This document shows positions 8,305 through 17,236 of a DNA stretch of 64,000 nucleotides, piece by piece. This DNA comes from an uncultured Bacteriovoracaceae bacterium (GTDB lineage: Bacteria; Bdellovibrionota; Bacteriovoracia; Bacteriovoracales; Bacteriovoracaceae), in contig CAYNPO010000014.1 of NCBI GenBank assembly GCA_964399165.1, positions 12,147 through 76,146 of the forward strand. The letters are read 5' to 3'. The position numbers and the translations under genes were made by a program. Under the pieces are notes generated by a model that saw only the letters and a program-made list of their open reading frames with translations, did no database searches and was not told the origin of the DNA. Each line of letters opens with the position of its first letter. Positions within the stretch are counted from its first letter, which is position 1.

Positions 8305-9347
8305 GCGCACGGCGCTCGTGGGCCCTTTTCATCGTCCTACTGATCTCAGCTTCCTCTTGCCGGTTCTCAAACCACATTTCTGATACCACCCCCCGGATGG
8401 AAGCGAGGCTTGCCACATCGCGCCCGTCATTGGAGCCCATTCGCTTTCGGTCAGCATCCGATGCGATCGTGGCGCGGAAACGTCTGTGGGAGGTGGTATT
8501 TGGAAGCAAGCACGCGCCGACACTTGAGATGGCCGAGGTGCCTGCCGACTGTCCCACTTGGGCGCCATCCTGCTCTGCCGCTGTCCGCCTGCATGGGGTG
8601 ATGGACGGTTTTCTTGAGACTAACGTGATTATGTATCGTCCTCAGGTTCAACGTTATCCTACGTTGTCTCTGCTATATCACCATGGCCATGGTGGCGATC
8701 ACAGCGATGGTCGCGCAGTCATTCAAAGTTTTCTCAAGCGGGGGGTGAGGGTTTACGAGTTTCACATGCCCCTGCATGGTGCGAATCCACCGGCTTTCTA
8801 TTCTTCCCCGTCGCTAGGCGCTTTCCGGATCACCAGCCATGATCAGTTAGTGGACTTGGTGCAACCGTCGCAAGGACATCCTTTGCGCTACTTCCTCCTG
8901 CCAGTCGTGGCCCTGGTAGATGTCCTGCAGGCCCAAGGACAGACCGTTGTTATGACAGGAATTAGCGGGGGAGGGTGGACCACAACGTTGGCGGCTGCCC
9001 TACATCCGGGTATTCGCCGCAGCGTCTCCATTGCCGGCTCGATCCCCTTCCCTGGCAGGATGTCCAAGCGCAACTGGGGGGACGCGGAACAGCACGACGG
9101 CAGGATATATAACGTGGTGAACTACCGGGAACTTTACCTGTTGGCGGCTTTGGATGCAGGACGCTTCCACGCGCAGCACTTCAATGAGAAGGATCCTTGC
9201 TGCTTCCGAGGGGAAAAAGACCTGGTCTTTTTCGACGACACTCTCAAGCGACAACGAGCCTTAGGAGCAGGGGTGTTGGCCTTCAGGCAGTTTCCCTTGG
9301 ATCGTCATGGAGCTGATCCCGATACGATCAGGGGTCTGTTGGATTGA
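8301..9347 (+). CDS. Alpha/beta-hydrolase-fold lipoprotein (putative esterase)
   Basis: ATGA overlap with the upstream gene. Signal plus lipobox-like LLISASSC. HHGHGGD oxyanion-type motif and nucleophile elbow GISGGG. Confidence 0.6.
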   Translation: MSARRSWALFIVLLISASSCRFSNHISDTTPRMEARLATSRPSLEPIRFRSASDAIVARKRLWEVVFGSKHAPTLEMAEVPADCPTWAPSCSAAVRLHGVMDGFLETNVIMYRPQVQRYPTLSLLYHHGHGGDHSDGRAVIQSFLKRGVRVYEFHMPLHGANPPAFYSSPSLGAFRITSHDQLVDLVQPSQGHPLRYFLLPVVALVDVLQAQGQTVVMTGISGGGWTTTLAAALHPGIRRSVSIAGSIPFPGRMSKRNWGDAEQHDGRIYNVVNYRELYLLAALDAGRFHAQHFNEKDPCCFRGEKDLVFFDDTLKRQRALGAGVLAFRQFPLDRHGADPDTIRGLLD

Positions 9348-9417
9348 GCGGCGCTGAACAGCCTTTGTAAGCCAAAACTCCTTCGGGACTGGACCTTCAC
9401 TATATCCTAACCATAAA

Positions 9418-9627
9418 ATGACCATTCATCCTCCCTTCGGAGCCTCTATGCATTACGCTGTTCTACTCGCCCTCTGTTGTGTGCCTTCCCCCGCGGAAGC
9501 CTACCTAGACCCAGGTACGGGGAGCTACGTCTTCCAGGTCTTGATAGGTGTGCTCGCTGGCGCAGTCTTTGGGATCAAGAACTACTGGGTGCAGATCAAG
9601 GCTTTCTTCCAGCGCTTTAAGAAATAG
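9418..9627 (+). CDS. Small membrane protein with an AYLDPGTGS motif followed by one TM helix and a basic tail
   Basis: 69 aa. An alternative ATG at 9448 has GGAG 6 nt upstream and would give the signal peptide MHYAVLLALCCVPSPAEA. The stop lies 3 nt before the next gene. Confidence 0.5.
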   Translation: MTIHPPFGASMHYAVLLALCCVPSPAEAYLDPGTGSYVFQVLIGVLAGAVFGIKNYWVQIKAFFQRFKK

Positions 9628-9630
9628 TCC

Positions 9631-10986
9631 ATGCAGCGCGAGCCTGCTTCATTCCGGGATCCCTCCGGGTATGTTTTCCGAGATGGTGGCTTCGTCAAGC
9701 GTTGGGTCGCTCCAGGCTACGTCCCGTCCTACGACCGGCTCATGCAGTCGGGGCTTTACGCCGAACTCACCGCTAAAGGCTGGTTACTGGCCCACGATGA
9801 GGAGCCTTCCACCGGAGCGCACCGGGTGCTGCGACCTCAACAGTTAGGGTTCGTGTCGTATCCCCATGAGTGGTCCTTCAGCATGCTGAAGGATGCCTGC
9901 CTCCTTACCTTGGAAATCCAGAAACTCGCGCTCAAGCATGACATGGTCCTGAAGGACGCTTCCGCCTATAATGTGCAATTCCACCTCGGAAAGCCGGTCT
10001 TCATCGACACACTTTCCTTTGAACCCTACACAGTCGGGTCGCCCTGGGTGGCTTACAAGCAGTTCTGCCAGCACTTCCTTGCGCCGCTGGCCCTCATGGC
10101 TTTCACCGACATCCGCTTGTCGCAGCTCCTGCGAACCCATATCGACGGGATACCACTGGATCTAGCTTCCAAGCTCTTGCCCTGGCGGTCCTGGTTCCGG
10201 CCAGGCTTGCTCATGCACGTGCATCTGCATGCGCGCATGCAAAGTAAATACGCCGGCGCCGGAACGAAACCGGCGGTACCGCGTAAGATGCCGTTGCAAT
10301 CACTCTTGGGCGTGATCGACTCCCTCGAGGGTACGGTCAAGGGCCTGCAAATGCCCGGGCAACGGACCGAATGGGAGGACTACTACAAAAACCACAACTA
10401 TAGTGAGGCGGGATTCAAGGAGAAGGGCGCGCTCGTGCGTTCCTTCGTCACCAGCACGGGCGCGAAGAAAGTCTGGGATTTCGGTGGTAACCGCGGAGAC
10501 TTCTCCCGCATTGCCGGGGAAACGGGTGCGGATGTGGTGTGCTGGGACATCGATCCGAACGCCGTTGAGACCAACTACAGGCGCGTGCGAGGGCTGGGCG
10601 AAACCAACCTCCTCCCGCTGGTACTGGACCTGACCAACCCCTCCTCACCCATGGGGTGGGGGGAGAACGAGCGCCAAGGCTTGTTGGGTCGCAAGGGCCC
10701 GGACGCCTTAATGGCGCTGGCGCTGATCCACCACCTCGTGATCAGCAATAACGTGCCCTTTTCCATGGTGTCCTCCTATTTCCGTGCCTTGGCCCCCTGG
10801 CTCGTTATCGAGTTCGTCCCGAAAGGCGACTCCCAGGTGAACATCCTGCTTGCCACCCGCCAAGACGTGTTTGGGGATTACGACGAAGCTGGCTTCGAGA
10901 AAGGCTTCGCCTCCGATTGGGAAATCGTCGACAAAAAGCCGGTTGCTGGTAGCACGCGTACGCTTTACCTACTCAAGGGTCGCTGA
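9631..10986 (+). CDS. Class I SAM-dependent methyltransferase with a large N-terminal FRDPSG domain (NoeA-like)
   Basis: N-terminus ASFRDPSGYVF. C-terminal SAM motif VWDFGGNRGDFS and LIHHLVISNNVP. 451 aa. Confidence 0.7.
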   Translation: MQREPASFRDPSGYVFRDGGFVKRWVAPGYVPSYDRLMQSGLYAELTAKGWLLAHDEEPSTGAHRVLRPQQLGFVSYPHEWSFSMLKDACLLTLEIQKLALKHDMVLKDASAYNVQFHLGKPVFIDTLSFEPYTVGSPWVAYKQFCQHFLAPLALMAFTDIRLSQLLRTHIDGIPLDLASKLLPWRSWFRPGLLMHVHLHARMQSKYAGAGTKPAVPRKMPLQSLLGVIDSLEGTVKGLQMPGQRTEWEDYYKNHNYSEAGFKEKGALVRSFVTSTGAKKVWDFGGNRGDFSRIAGETGADVVCWDIDPNAVETNYRRVRGLGETNLLPLVLDLTNPSSPMGWGENERQGLLGRKGPDALMALALIHHLVISNNVPFSMVSSYFRALAPWLVIEFVPKGDSQVNILLATRQDVFGDYDEAGFEKGFASDWEIVDKKPVAGSTRTLYLLKGR

Positions 10987-10989
10987 GCC

Positions 10990-12030
10990 GTGCGCCGTTG
11001 GGGATGGGTGGTCATCAGCTGGTGGGGGGGCGCCACCGCCGCTGTCCACGTGGGGAAAGACATTCCGGCGAAGGGCCTGGCCCACAGGATCCACCAGAAC
11101 CAGGTTTACGTCTCGGGCTCGTTGGTCGAGGCCGATTTCAGGGGAGCCACATTGAGGGGAGTGACTTTCGCGCAAGTTAATCTCAAGGGAGCCAACTTCA
11201 CTGGTGCTGTGTTCGAAGGTGTACGTTTTCTCTCCTGCGACCTAGGGGGTGCGAGTTTCCAGCGTGTCCGTGGCGAAGCCGAAATCATCCGGTCCTCCAT
11301 CTCTAAGATTTCCTTCCATGGCGCGGGCATGCGCCGGCTTCTCGTGCGCGATTCCCACGGGGTGGAACCGGATTTCGCCGGGGCGGTTTTGGGATATCTT
11401 CGCTGGGAAGGGGGGAGCACCCTTGCCCCGCTGTTCCAAAGCGCACGCATCGATCGTCTGGAACTCGAGCGCGTCAGCATGAAAGACTCCCAATGGAAGG
11501 GAGTGCAGGTGGGGACGTTGGCCCTGCGCCAAGCGGTTTGCGTGGAAGACCACGGGGGGACGCCCCGGGCCACCCTTTGCAGGGGCTCCCTCGGGCCCCA
11601 GCTCCTCACCGACGTCGTTTTGATGGACTACCCCCGTCTCACCACCGCTTGTCTCAAAACCTATCCGGTGGTGAAGCCGACCTCCCCGATGAACGGCCCC
11701 ACGACTTTGTTCGATGGGCGCGAGGGACCAGGAATATTCCGACCTTGCCTCAAGGAGTACCCGCTCAAACTGGATTTCACCCTCCGCGACTGGCCGAAGG
11801 AACTCCTTCCACGGCTAGATTTGCACGCAGCTCACAATGGGCCACGGGGTGCCGTAACATTGCGGGGCAAGTGGGGGGAAGAGTGGCGCGCGATCACCCC
11901 TCAGTCGGAAAGGGAAAACGCTACGTCATGGGCCTTATCCACCCTTCCGCCGTCGCCGGCTACCCTGAACTTCGCTTTCCCTGATGAAGCCACCGGTATC
12001 ACGGAACTAAAGATCGGAGTACGCCGGTGA
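10990..12030 (+). CDS. Pentapeptide-repeat protein with N-terminal hydrophobic anchor and unknown C-terminal domain
   Basis: GTG start 3 nt after the upstream stop. Repeats ADFRGATLRGVTFAQVNLKGANFTGAVFEGVRFLSCDLGGASFQ. Confidence 0.6.
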   Translation: MRRWGWVVISWWGGATAAVHVGKDIPAKGLAHRIHQNQVYVSGSLVEADFRGATLRGVTFAQVNLKGANFTGAVFEGVRFLSCDLGGASFQRVRGEAEIIRSSISKISFHGAGMRRLLVRDSHGVEPDFAGAVLGYLRWEGGSTLAPLFQSARIDRLELERVSMKDSQWKGVQVGTLALRQAVCVEDHGGTPRATLCRGSLGPQLLTDVVLMDYPRLTTACLKTYPVVKPTSPMNGPTTLFDGREGPGIFRPCLKEYPLKLDFTLRDWPKELLPRLDLHAAHNGPRGAVTLRGKWGEEWRAITPQSERENATSWALSTLPPSPATLNFAFPDEATGITELKIGVRR

Positions 12031-13487
12031 AGGTCGGTTGGCAAGCGAGCGTCGGCGTGTTCTCGCTGGCGGTTTTGGCGCTGGGATACCCTGTGGTGGA
12101 CCTTGTCCGTCAAAACCCCGTCTTGCGCGAGTACTATGGCATGACCGGCACCATGTTCTGGAGCATGGTGGGAATCGTCACGTTGGGTCCTGCGCTCATG
12201 CATTTGGTAGCTTTCCGCGCCGGTTCTGGCACGTGGCGGATATGGACGGTGGTGTGGCTGGAACTCCTTGCGGTGACGCTGCTGCTCCAGGCGACGACCA
12301 CCATGGGGACGCTGGGAAGGGCAGTGGCGGTGGCGGTAAGCGGGTTCTGGGCGTTTTTCTTCGTTCGCGGCGACGGGAAAATGCTAGCAAACCTCCTATG
12401 GACGCTGGCCCTGCTCTCTCCCGTGTTAGCGGGAGATCTTATCTATAAGGCCCATCGCGTCCAGCGCCGGAACACGGTAGACATGCCCGCCCCCGGACGG
12501 CTCGTACCGCGGCAGTCCCCGCCACTGGTGGTGGGTATCATGCTGGATGGGAGCGAATTGACTTCCTCCTTTCTGGATGAAGAAGGCTGGCCCAGGGAAG
12601 AGTTGCTCCCCAACTTGCGACGCATTCTCCGTCAGGACTTCCACTGGTTTCCGCGGTCCGTTTCCGTGTCTCCTGCCACTTACTCGACGCTTCCCTCCTT
12701 TCTGACCGGTGAACCGGTGTATAAAAAGGCCAATCGCCGCGCCAATGCAGGCTGGGACATGTTTTCTCTGGTGGCAAGGGAATGGCCCATTCGTGGTTTC
12801 TTCTATAAGCATTACTACCGGGGATTTTGTCAGACGCACGTAGACTCGTGCGCGCTGACCAAGGAGGCTGAAGAAACCTCACCCTATACCGCTGTGGCGG
12901 CCCTGCTTTGGTCTCGTATCAAGGGGGAGCGGCCGGGGATCGATCCCGCGTTCGTTCCACGCCAGGAGCACTTCTCTTTTGACATTTTCCTCAATTCCGT
13001 TGCTCGCGCCCGACCGGGGGAGTTTCACTACATCCACATTTTCCGCCGCAACTTTCTCCTTTTGAAGGAGTTCGACGAGCAGTTCGCCCGGCTCGAACGG
13101 ACCCTCGAGCGCGCCGGATTGTACGAAGACGCCGTGGTTTTCTTGGTGTCCGACCATGGCCTGGACCATACTTCGCCCACCTTCCCTTACGGACATCAGG
13201 CCGATCCGGGGCCGCGGGTCTACCGCATTCCCTTGGCAGTTAAGCCGCGTGGGCGGGGTAAGGGTGAGGTTTCGACCTTTCCGGCCCAGCAGACTGATTT
13301 GTTCCCCACGATTTTGGGCCTCTACTTCGACCAGGCAAGCGTCCAAAAGCTGGGTGTGGTTGGAGTGGATCTCCTGCGGCTGGAGACCTTCCCCGCAAGA
13401 CGGAAATACCACTTCAATTGCAACGGCAAGGAAGGACGATTAGTGGTTTCAGAGAACCCCGAGGCTTACCGACAATGCCGCCGTTGA
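12027..13487 (+). CDS. Membrane-anchored sulfatase/alkaline-phosphatase-superfamily transferase (phosphoethanolamine/phosphoglycerol-transferase-like)
   Basis: GTGA overlap with the upstream gene. About 4-5 N-terminal TM segments. SPATYSTLPSFLTG (candidate Thr/Ser nucleophile region) and VVFLVSDHGLDH metal-ligand motif. Confidence 0.6.
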   Translation: MKVGWQASVGVFSLAVLALGYPVVDLVRQNPVLREYYGMTGTMFWSMVGIVTLGPALMHLVAFRAGSGTWRIWTVVWLELLAVTLLLQATTTMGTLGRAVAVAVSGFWAFFFVRGDGKMLANLLWTLALLSPVLAGDLIYKAHRVQRRNTVDMPAPGRLVPRQSPPLVVGIMLDGSELTSSFLDEEGWPREELLPNLRRILRQDFHWFPRSVSVSPATYSTLPSFLTGEPVYKKANRRANAGWDMFSLVAREWPIRGFFYKHYYRGFCQTHVDSCALTKEAEETSPYTAVAALLWSRIKGERPGIDPAFVPRQEHFSFDIFLNSVARARPGEFHYIHIFRRNFLLLKEFDEQFARLERTLERAGLYEDAVVFLVSDHGLDHTSPTFPYGHQADPGPRVYRIPLAVKPRGRGKGEVSTFPAQQTDLFPTILGLYFDQASVQKLGVVGVDLLRLETFPARRKYHFNCNGKEGRLVVSENPEAYRQCRR

Positions 13488-13488
13488 T

Positions 13489-14571
13489 TCAGCCAAGCAT
13501 ATCCAGCAATCGCCTTGCAATGGCAGGGGCCGCGGTCATGCCCGGGGATTCGATGCCGCAGGCTTCCGCATAGCCGGGCAGCGGGTTCTCAAGCCAAAAG
13601 TCTGTGTGGAGTTTCCCCTCCACCACGATTTTGCTCCGGATGCCGGCGTAGTCAGGGAAAAGCCGTGCGGGATCCACGCCTTTGAAACAGCGGAGGATCG
13701 ATGACCTCATACCGTCGAGGTCCTGGGGCTCGAGTCGGTAGTCGATGGCATCCACGTCCAACGTGTCCGGGCCAAACTTCACGTCTCCCTGGCAATCGAT
13801 GGTGGAATGGACTCCCAGTCCTTTCAGATCGGGGGGGGGGATTGGGTAATAAAGCGTTTCATGGCCCAGCTTCTGGGAGGTGCGCAGGTAATGGCCCTTC
13901 ACCCAGCGGCTCGCCATGCCCTTGAGACCGAGCTGGGTGCGGAACTCCGGTGCCCATAGGCCGGCAGCATTAACCAGGCGCGGGGCTACGATGCTAGTAT
14001 CAGCGGTGTTCACGTGGAAGACGCCCCCATCCCGCGTCGCCGTTGCGGGTGTGCCGGTGAGTACGATCCCACCAAGCTTTTCGAACTCGTGGCGGAAGAA
14101 CGCCATGGCAGAGGAAACGTCCACGATGCCCGTGCTGGCCACCACCAGCGCGTCGACGGCGTTGACGTGTGCCTGCGCCTTCCCCAGCTCGGCAGACGAG
14201 GCGCGGCGGACCGGAACGCCGTTGGCGCGGGCTTTATTCTGGAGTTCGTCCAGCCGAGGTCGTTCCGTTTCATCATGCGCGAAGACGACCTTGCCACAGA
14301 AGCGATGAGGGAGGGCATGGGCCAGCAGCAAATGGCGCCATTCGTCCAGGCCTTCCATGCACAGCCGGTGTTTCAGGGAACCCGTGGGGTAGTAGAGCCC
14401 CGAATGCAGCACCCCGCTGTTGCGCCCGGTGGAGTGGTCAGCTAAGAAGGGGGCTTGCTCCAGAAGGACGGCTTCCCACGCCCGATGACGGCGTTTGGCT
14501 TCTAGGGCGGTGAGAAGGCCGACGATACCACCGCCGATGATGACGGCGTCCACTTCCACCGGCTGGCCCAT
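13489..14571 (-). CDS. FAD-dependent oxidoreductase (DAO family, L-2-hydroxyglutarate oxidase/GlpD-like)
   Basis: VIIGGGIVGLLTA dinucleotide fold and GRNSGVLHSGLYY motif. Contains the C10 tract (G10 on the plus strand, 13831-13840). Confidence 0.8.
   Translation of the reverse strand: MGQPVEVDAVIIGGGIVGLLTALEAKRRHRAWEAVLLEQAPFLADHSTGRNSGVLHSGLYYPTGSLKHRLCMEGLDEWRHLLLAHALPHRFCGKVVFAHDETERPRLDELQNKARANGVPVRRASSAELGKAQAHVNAVDALVVASTGIVDVSSAMAFFRHEFEKLGGIVLTGTPATATRDGGVFHVNTADTSIVAPRLVNAAGLWAPEFRTQLGLKGMASRWVKGHYLRTSQKLGHETLYYPIPPPDLKGLGVHSTIDCQGDVKFGPDTLDVDAIDYRLEPQDLDGMRSSILRCFKGVDPARLFPDYAGIRSKIVVEGKLHTDFWLENPLPGYAEACGIESPGMTAAPAIARRLLDMLG
13831..13840. repeat. G10/C10 homopolymer inside the FAD-oxidoreductase CDS (encodes Pro-Pro-Pro)
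   Basis: gatc-GGGGGGGGGG-attg read directly. Position cross-checked against the ORF frame (IPPPD). It is the longest homopolymer I found in the window. Confidence 0.9.
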
Positions 14572-14577
14572 AGGTTG

Positions 14578-15291
14578 TTAGTTCCGGCCCACGGTCAGAA
14601 AGTGATCGAGGGTGGACTTGCGCAGGAGGACGTCGGTCCAGCGGTAGATGATACCGTCGGTCCCCGCGAAATTCCGTGAAGAGCCATTGCGGTCGTAGAA
14701 TACTTCCTGTTCCACCACTTGGTAGCAGCCGCTGGCGGCAAAAAGGGAGGCGTGGGACCCGAGCACCTTGAAGTTGTACACGTCCGCGTCTTTCACATGG
14801 TGGTTGCGCACCTTGATCATTTTATCGGGGTAGAAATCGCGAAGGTAGAGATGACCCCCCTCGGCGAGCAAAGCATCCACCGAGGCGACCGAAGCGAAGA
14901 TCGTCTCACGGGCCACCCAACCGAACACGTCTTCGATGACGATCAGGTCGAACTTTCCTGCATGCCCGTCTGCAAGAGGGTTACGTGACATGGTGCCATG
15001 ATGAAAGTGGATCTTGTCCCCCCAACGCGAACGCCCGTAGGCTATAGCCTTGGCTGAAGGTTCGACCCCGTGAGCTTCCTTTCCCTCGCGCTGAAAGTGC
15101 GCAAGCATGTCGCCGAAGTTGCAGCCGTATTCCAGCACGCGCTGGAAGGGGATGTTGGCTTTGGCGAGGAATGCCAGGAGTTCTTTCTTGTTGGCCCTCA
15201 GCTCAGGCAAGTCTTTGCCCTCGAAGTTGCGGGTGAAGAAGTCGTCAGCTTCCTTTCGGAGATAGTAGTCGTCTTGGACGGGGGGGATCAT
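14578..15291 (-). CDS. Class I SAM-dependent methyltransferase (resembles the pseudaminic-acid-biosynthesis-associated methylase family)
   Basis: ATGA overlap with the upstream gene. FFTRNFEG N-terminal motif and SAM motif VLEYGCNFGDML. 237 aa. Confidence 0.65.
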   Translation of the reverse strand: MIPPVQDDYYLRKEADDFFTRNFEGKDLPELRANKKELLAFLAKANIPFQRVLEYGCNFGDMLAHFQREGKEAHGVEPSAKAIAYGRSRWGDKIHFHHGTMSRNPLADGHAGKFDLIVIEDVFGWVARETIFASVASVDALLAEGGHLYLRDFYPDKMIKVRNHHVKDADVYNFKVLGSHASLFAASGCYQVVEQEVFYDRNGSSRNFAGTDGIIYRWTDVLLRKSTLDHFLTVGRN

Positions 15292-16589
15292 AGCATTGCC
15301 TCTTTGGTGTGGGCCAAGGCGCCCAGGATGTTTCCAGGCAGTAGCCGGTTGATGTTTTCGGGGCCAAAAGAAGGGTAGGGTACGCGGACGTTGCTGCCAA
15401 GTCGATCCAGGGAGTCCATGAGACCCCGCTTCACCGTCTCCGCGTCATCACGCATGAGAAAACCGCGGGGGGTTGCGAGGATATGGGCTCGGCGGACGCC
15501 GGCTGGCTCGACGAGCCCCATGGTGGAGAGATCCCTCGCCCAACGCTCACGCCAGTACTGCTCGTCCCTAGGGTACTCACCGGCGGGGAAGTTGAACTCG
15601 AGCTGGAGGGTCGGGGCGTCGTCGCCGGCGAGTTTGCCGGGGAAGCTTACCCGGTTGATCAACAGGTCCTTGGAACCAACCAGAATTTCGTGGATGTCCC
15701 TGGGGACGGGGGCTTCCAAGACATAGTGGCCAAAAACGAAGTCTTGCCCTTGCAGCCGCGGTAGGGGAATACCGAGGTTTTTCATCAATGGCGGGAGAGG
15801 CGCGCACCACAAGTACACGCGCGCGTTCCGCGTGCCGTTGGCCTGCACCGAGCGGAGCTGGCTGCCCTCGAAATTCATGGCGAAGTCGGAAGGGCCTACG
15901 ACGATTTCGACCCCAGCATTGCGAGCGAGCGCCTCCAGTCCCGTCGCCACGGCCCCAAACCCGCCGACACGGGGATAGAGCACCTGCTGGCTCCCTTGGC
16001 GCATGCGAGCATGGTAGGAGGAGGATTCGTCTTGCGCGGAGGCTGTGGACTGGGAACGTGGGAAAAACCAGGGGTAGACGGTGCCCAACAACGCTTTCTC
16101 AGGCACCCCCATTTGATCCCGCAACCATCTTTGTGATGGGTAGGAGTTTAAAACCTCCTCCGCCATGAAGTCGCTGAAAGCGGGCCCGAAGCGCCTCGCC
16201 AGTTCTGCGCGGTCCGGAGGGCCTCCGGCGGAGGCGACATCCTCTCCTACGGTGATCATCTCCCGCAAAGCACCGGGCCAGTCTTCCAAGGGAGCGTTAT
16301 AGGGGATGAGTTCTCCTCTGAGATGGATCCATCGGCACAGGGGTTGCACCTGTGCGTTACCTGCCAGGGCCTTTTCCAGCAGCCGGGTAACGAGCAGAGA
16401 GCGTCCGTAATCCAATGCGTGGTAGCCCTGGTCGAAGAAGTGCCCTTCCAACGGGTGGGATCGATTCCCGCCCCCAAGAGCAGCACCTTGCTCCACCAGC
16501 AGCACTTTCAGGCCCGCTCCTCCCAATGCGGCGGCGGCGGCCAAGCCACCTATCCCGCCGCCCAGGATGATGACGTCGTGGTCCCTCAT
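15288..16589 (-). CDS. FAD/NAD(P)-binding oxidoreductase (amine-oxidase/phytoene-desaturase-like fold)
   Basis: The track start at 16694 is an over-extension; ATG at 16589 forms an ATGA overlap with the upstream stop. DVIILGGGIGGLAAAAAL...LLVEQGAALGG. Confidence 0.75.
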   Translation of the reverse strand: MRDHDVIILGGGIGGLAAAAALGGAGLKVLLVEQGAALGGGNRSHPLEGHFFDQGYHALDYGRSLLVTRLLEKALAGNAQVQPLCRWIHLRGELIPYNAPLEDWPGALREMITVGEDVASAGGPPDRAELARRFGPAFSDFMAEEVLNSYPSQRWLRDQMGVPEKALLGTVYPWFFPRSQSTASAQDESSSYHARMRQGSQQVLYPRVGGFGAVATGLEALARNAGVEIVVGPSDFAMNFEGSQLRSVQANGTRNARVYLWCAPLPPLMKNLGIPLPRLQGQDFVFGHYVLEAPVPRDIHEILVGSKDLLINRVSFPGKLAGDDAPTLQLEFNFPAGEYPRDEQYWRERWARDLSTMGLVEPAGVRRAHILATPRGFLMRDDAETVKRGLMDSLDRLGSNVRVPYPSFGPENINRLLPGNILGALAHTKEAML

Positions 16590-17236
16590 CCTTCGTGCTC
16601 CACGATGCGGGAGTGCCCATAGTCTTTCAGCAGCAGAGTAGTGGCGCAGCGCTCGGCTTCTGGCGGCGTACCGGAGCCTGCGGCGTGGGACCAACTGGCT
16701 TTTTCCAACAGAGAGTAAAAAGGGAAACCCAGGAAGATCTGGGCGTGGTCTTCTTTGTAGGACTTCGCCCCTGGGTGGTGGCGGTAGTTGCGCTCGCGAG
16801 GGTACTTGGCGTCGAAATCCATGATGGCGAGGATGCCCCCGTTTTTAAGCCGGCGATCCGCCTCGCACACCACGCGGGGTAGAAGGGGACGGTCCACCAG
16901 GTAAAGACAGAATCCGAAAAGCACCAAGTCGAATTCATCTGCGACGCCTTCCAGGGCGTCGGCAGTGGCGTGGTGAAACTGGCCTTCGGGTAAAGCCACG
17001 CGCGCCGCTTGCACCGCCTCTGCGGAGGGATCCACCCCAGTCACTCGGCAACCCGTCCATTGGCGGAGCAAGGCGAGGTTATGGCCATCCCCACAACCGA
17101 TCTCCAGCACGGAAGAGGAGGTACCCAAATACTTGCGCAGACATTCAAGTTTTCCTGGGGGGTCATGCCGGGGACCGCGGTTACGGCGAAACCACGCGTC
17201 TCCTTCTCCGGCAAGGAACAACTCTTTCTGTTTCAT
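16586..17236 (-). CDS. Class I SAM-dependent methyltransferase (pseudaminic-acid-associated methylase-like)
   Basis: The track start at 17380 is an over-extension; ATG at 17236 forms an ATGA overlap. GEGDAWFRRN N-terminal motif and SAM motif VLEIGCGDGHNL. Confidence 0.7.
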   Translation of the reverse strand: MKQKELFLAGEGDAWFRRNRGPRHDPPGKLECLRKYLGTSSSVLEIGCGDGHNLALLRQWTGCRVTGVDPSAEAVQAARVALPEGQFHHATADALEGVADEFDLVLFGFCLYLVDRPLLPRVVCEADRRLKNGGILAIMDFDAKYPRERNYRHHPGAKSYKEDHAQIFLGFPFYSLLEKASWSHAAGSGTPPEAERCATTLLLKDYGHSRIVEHEG

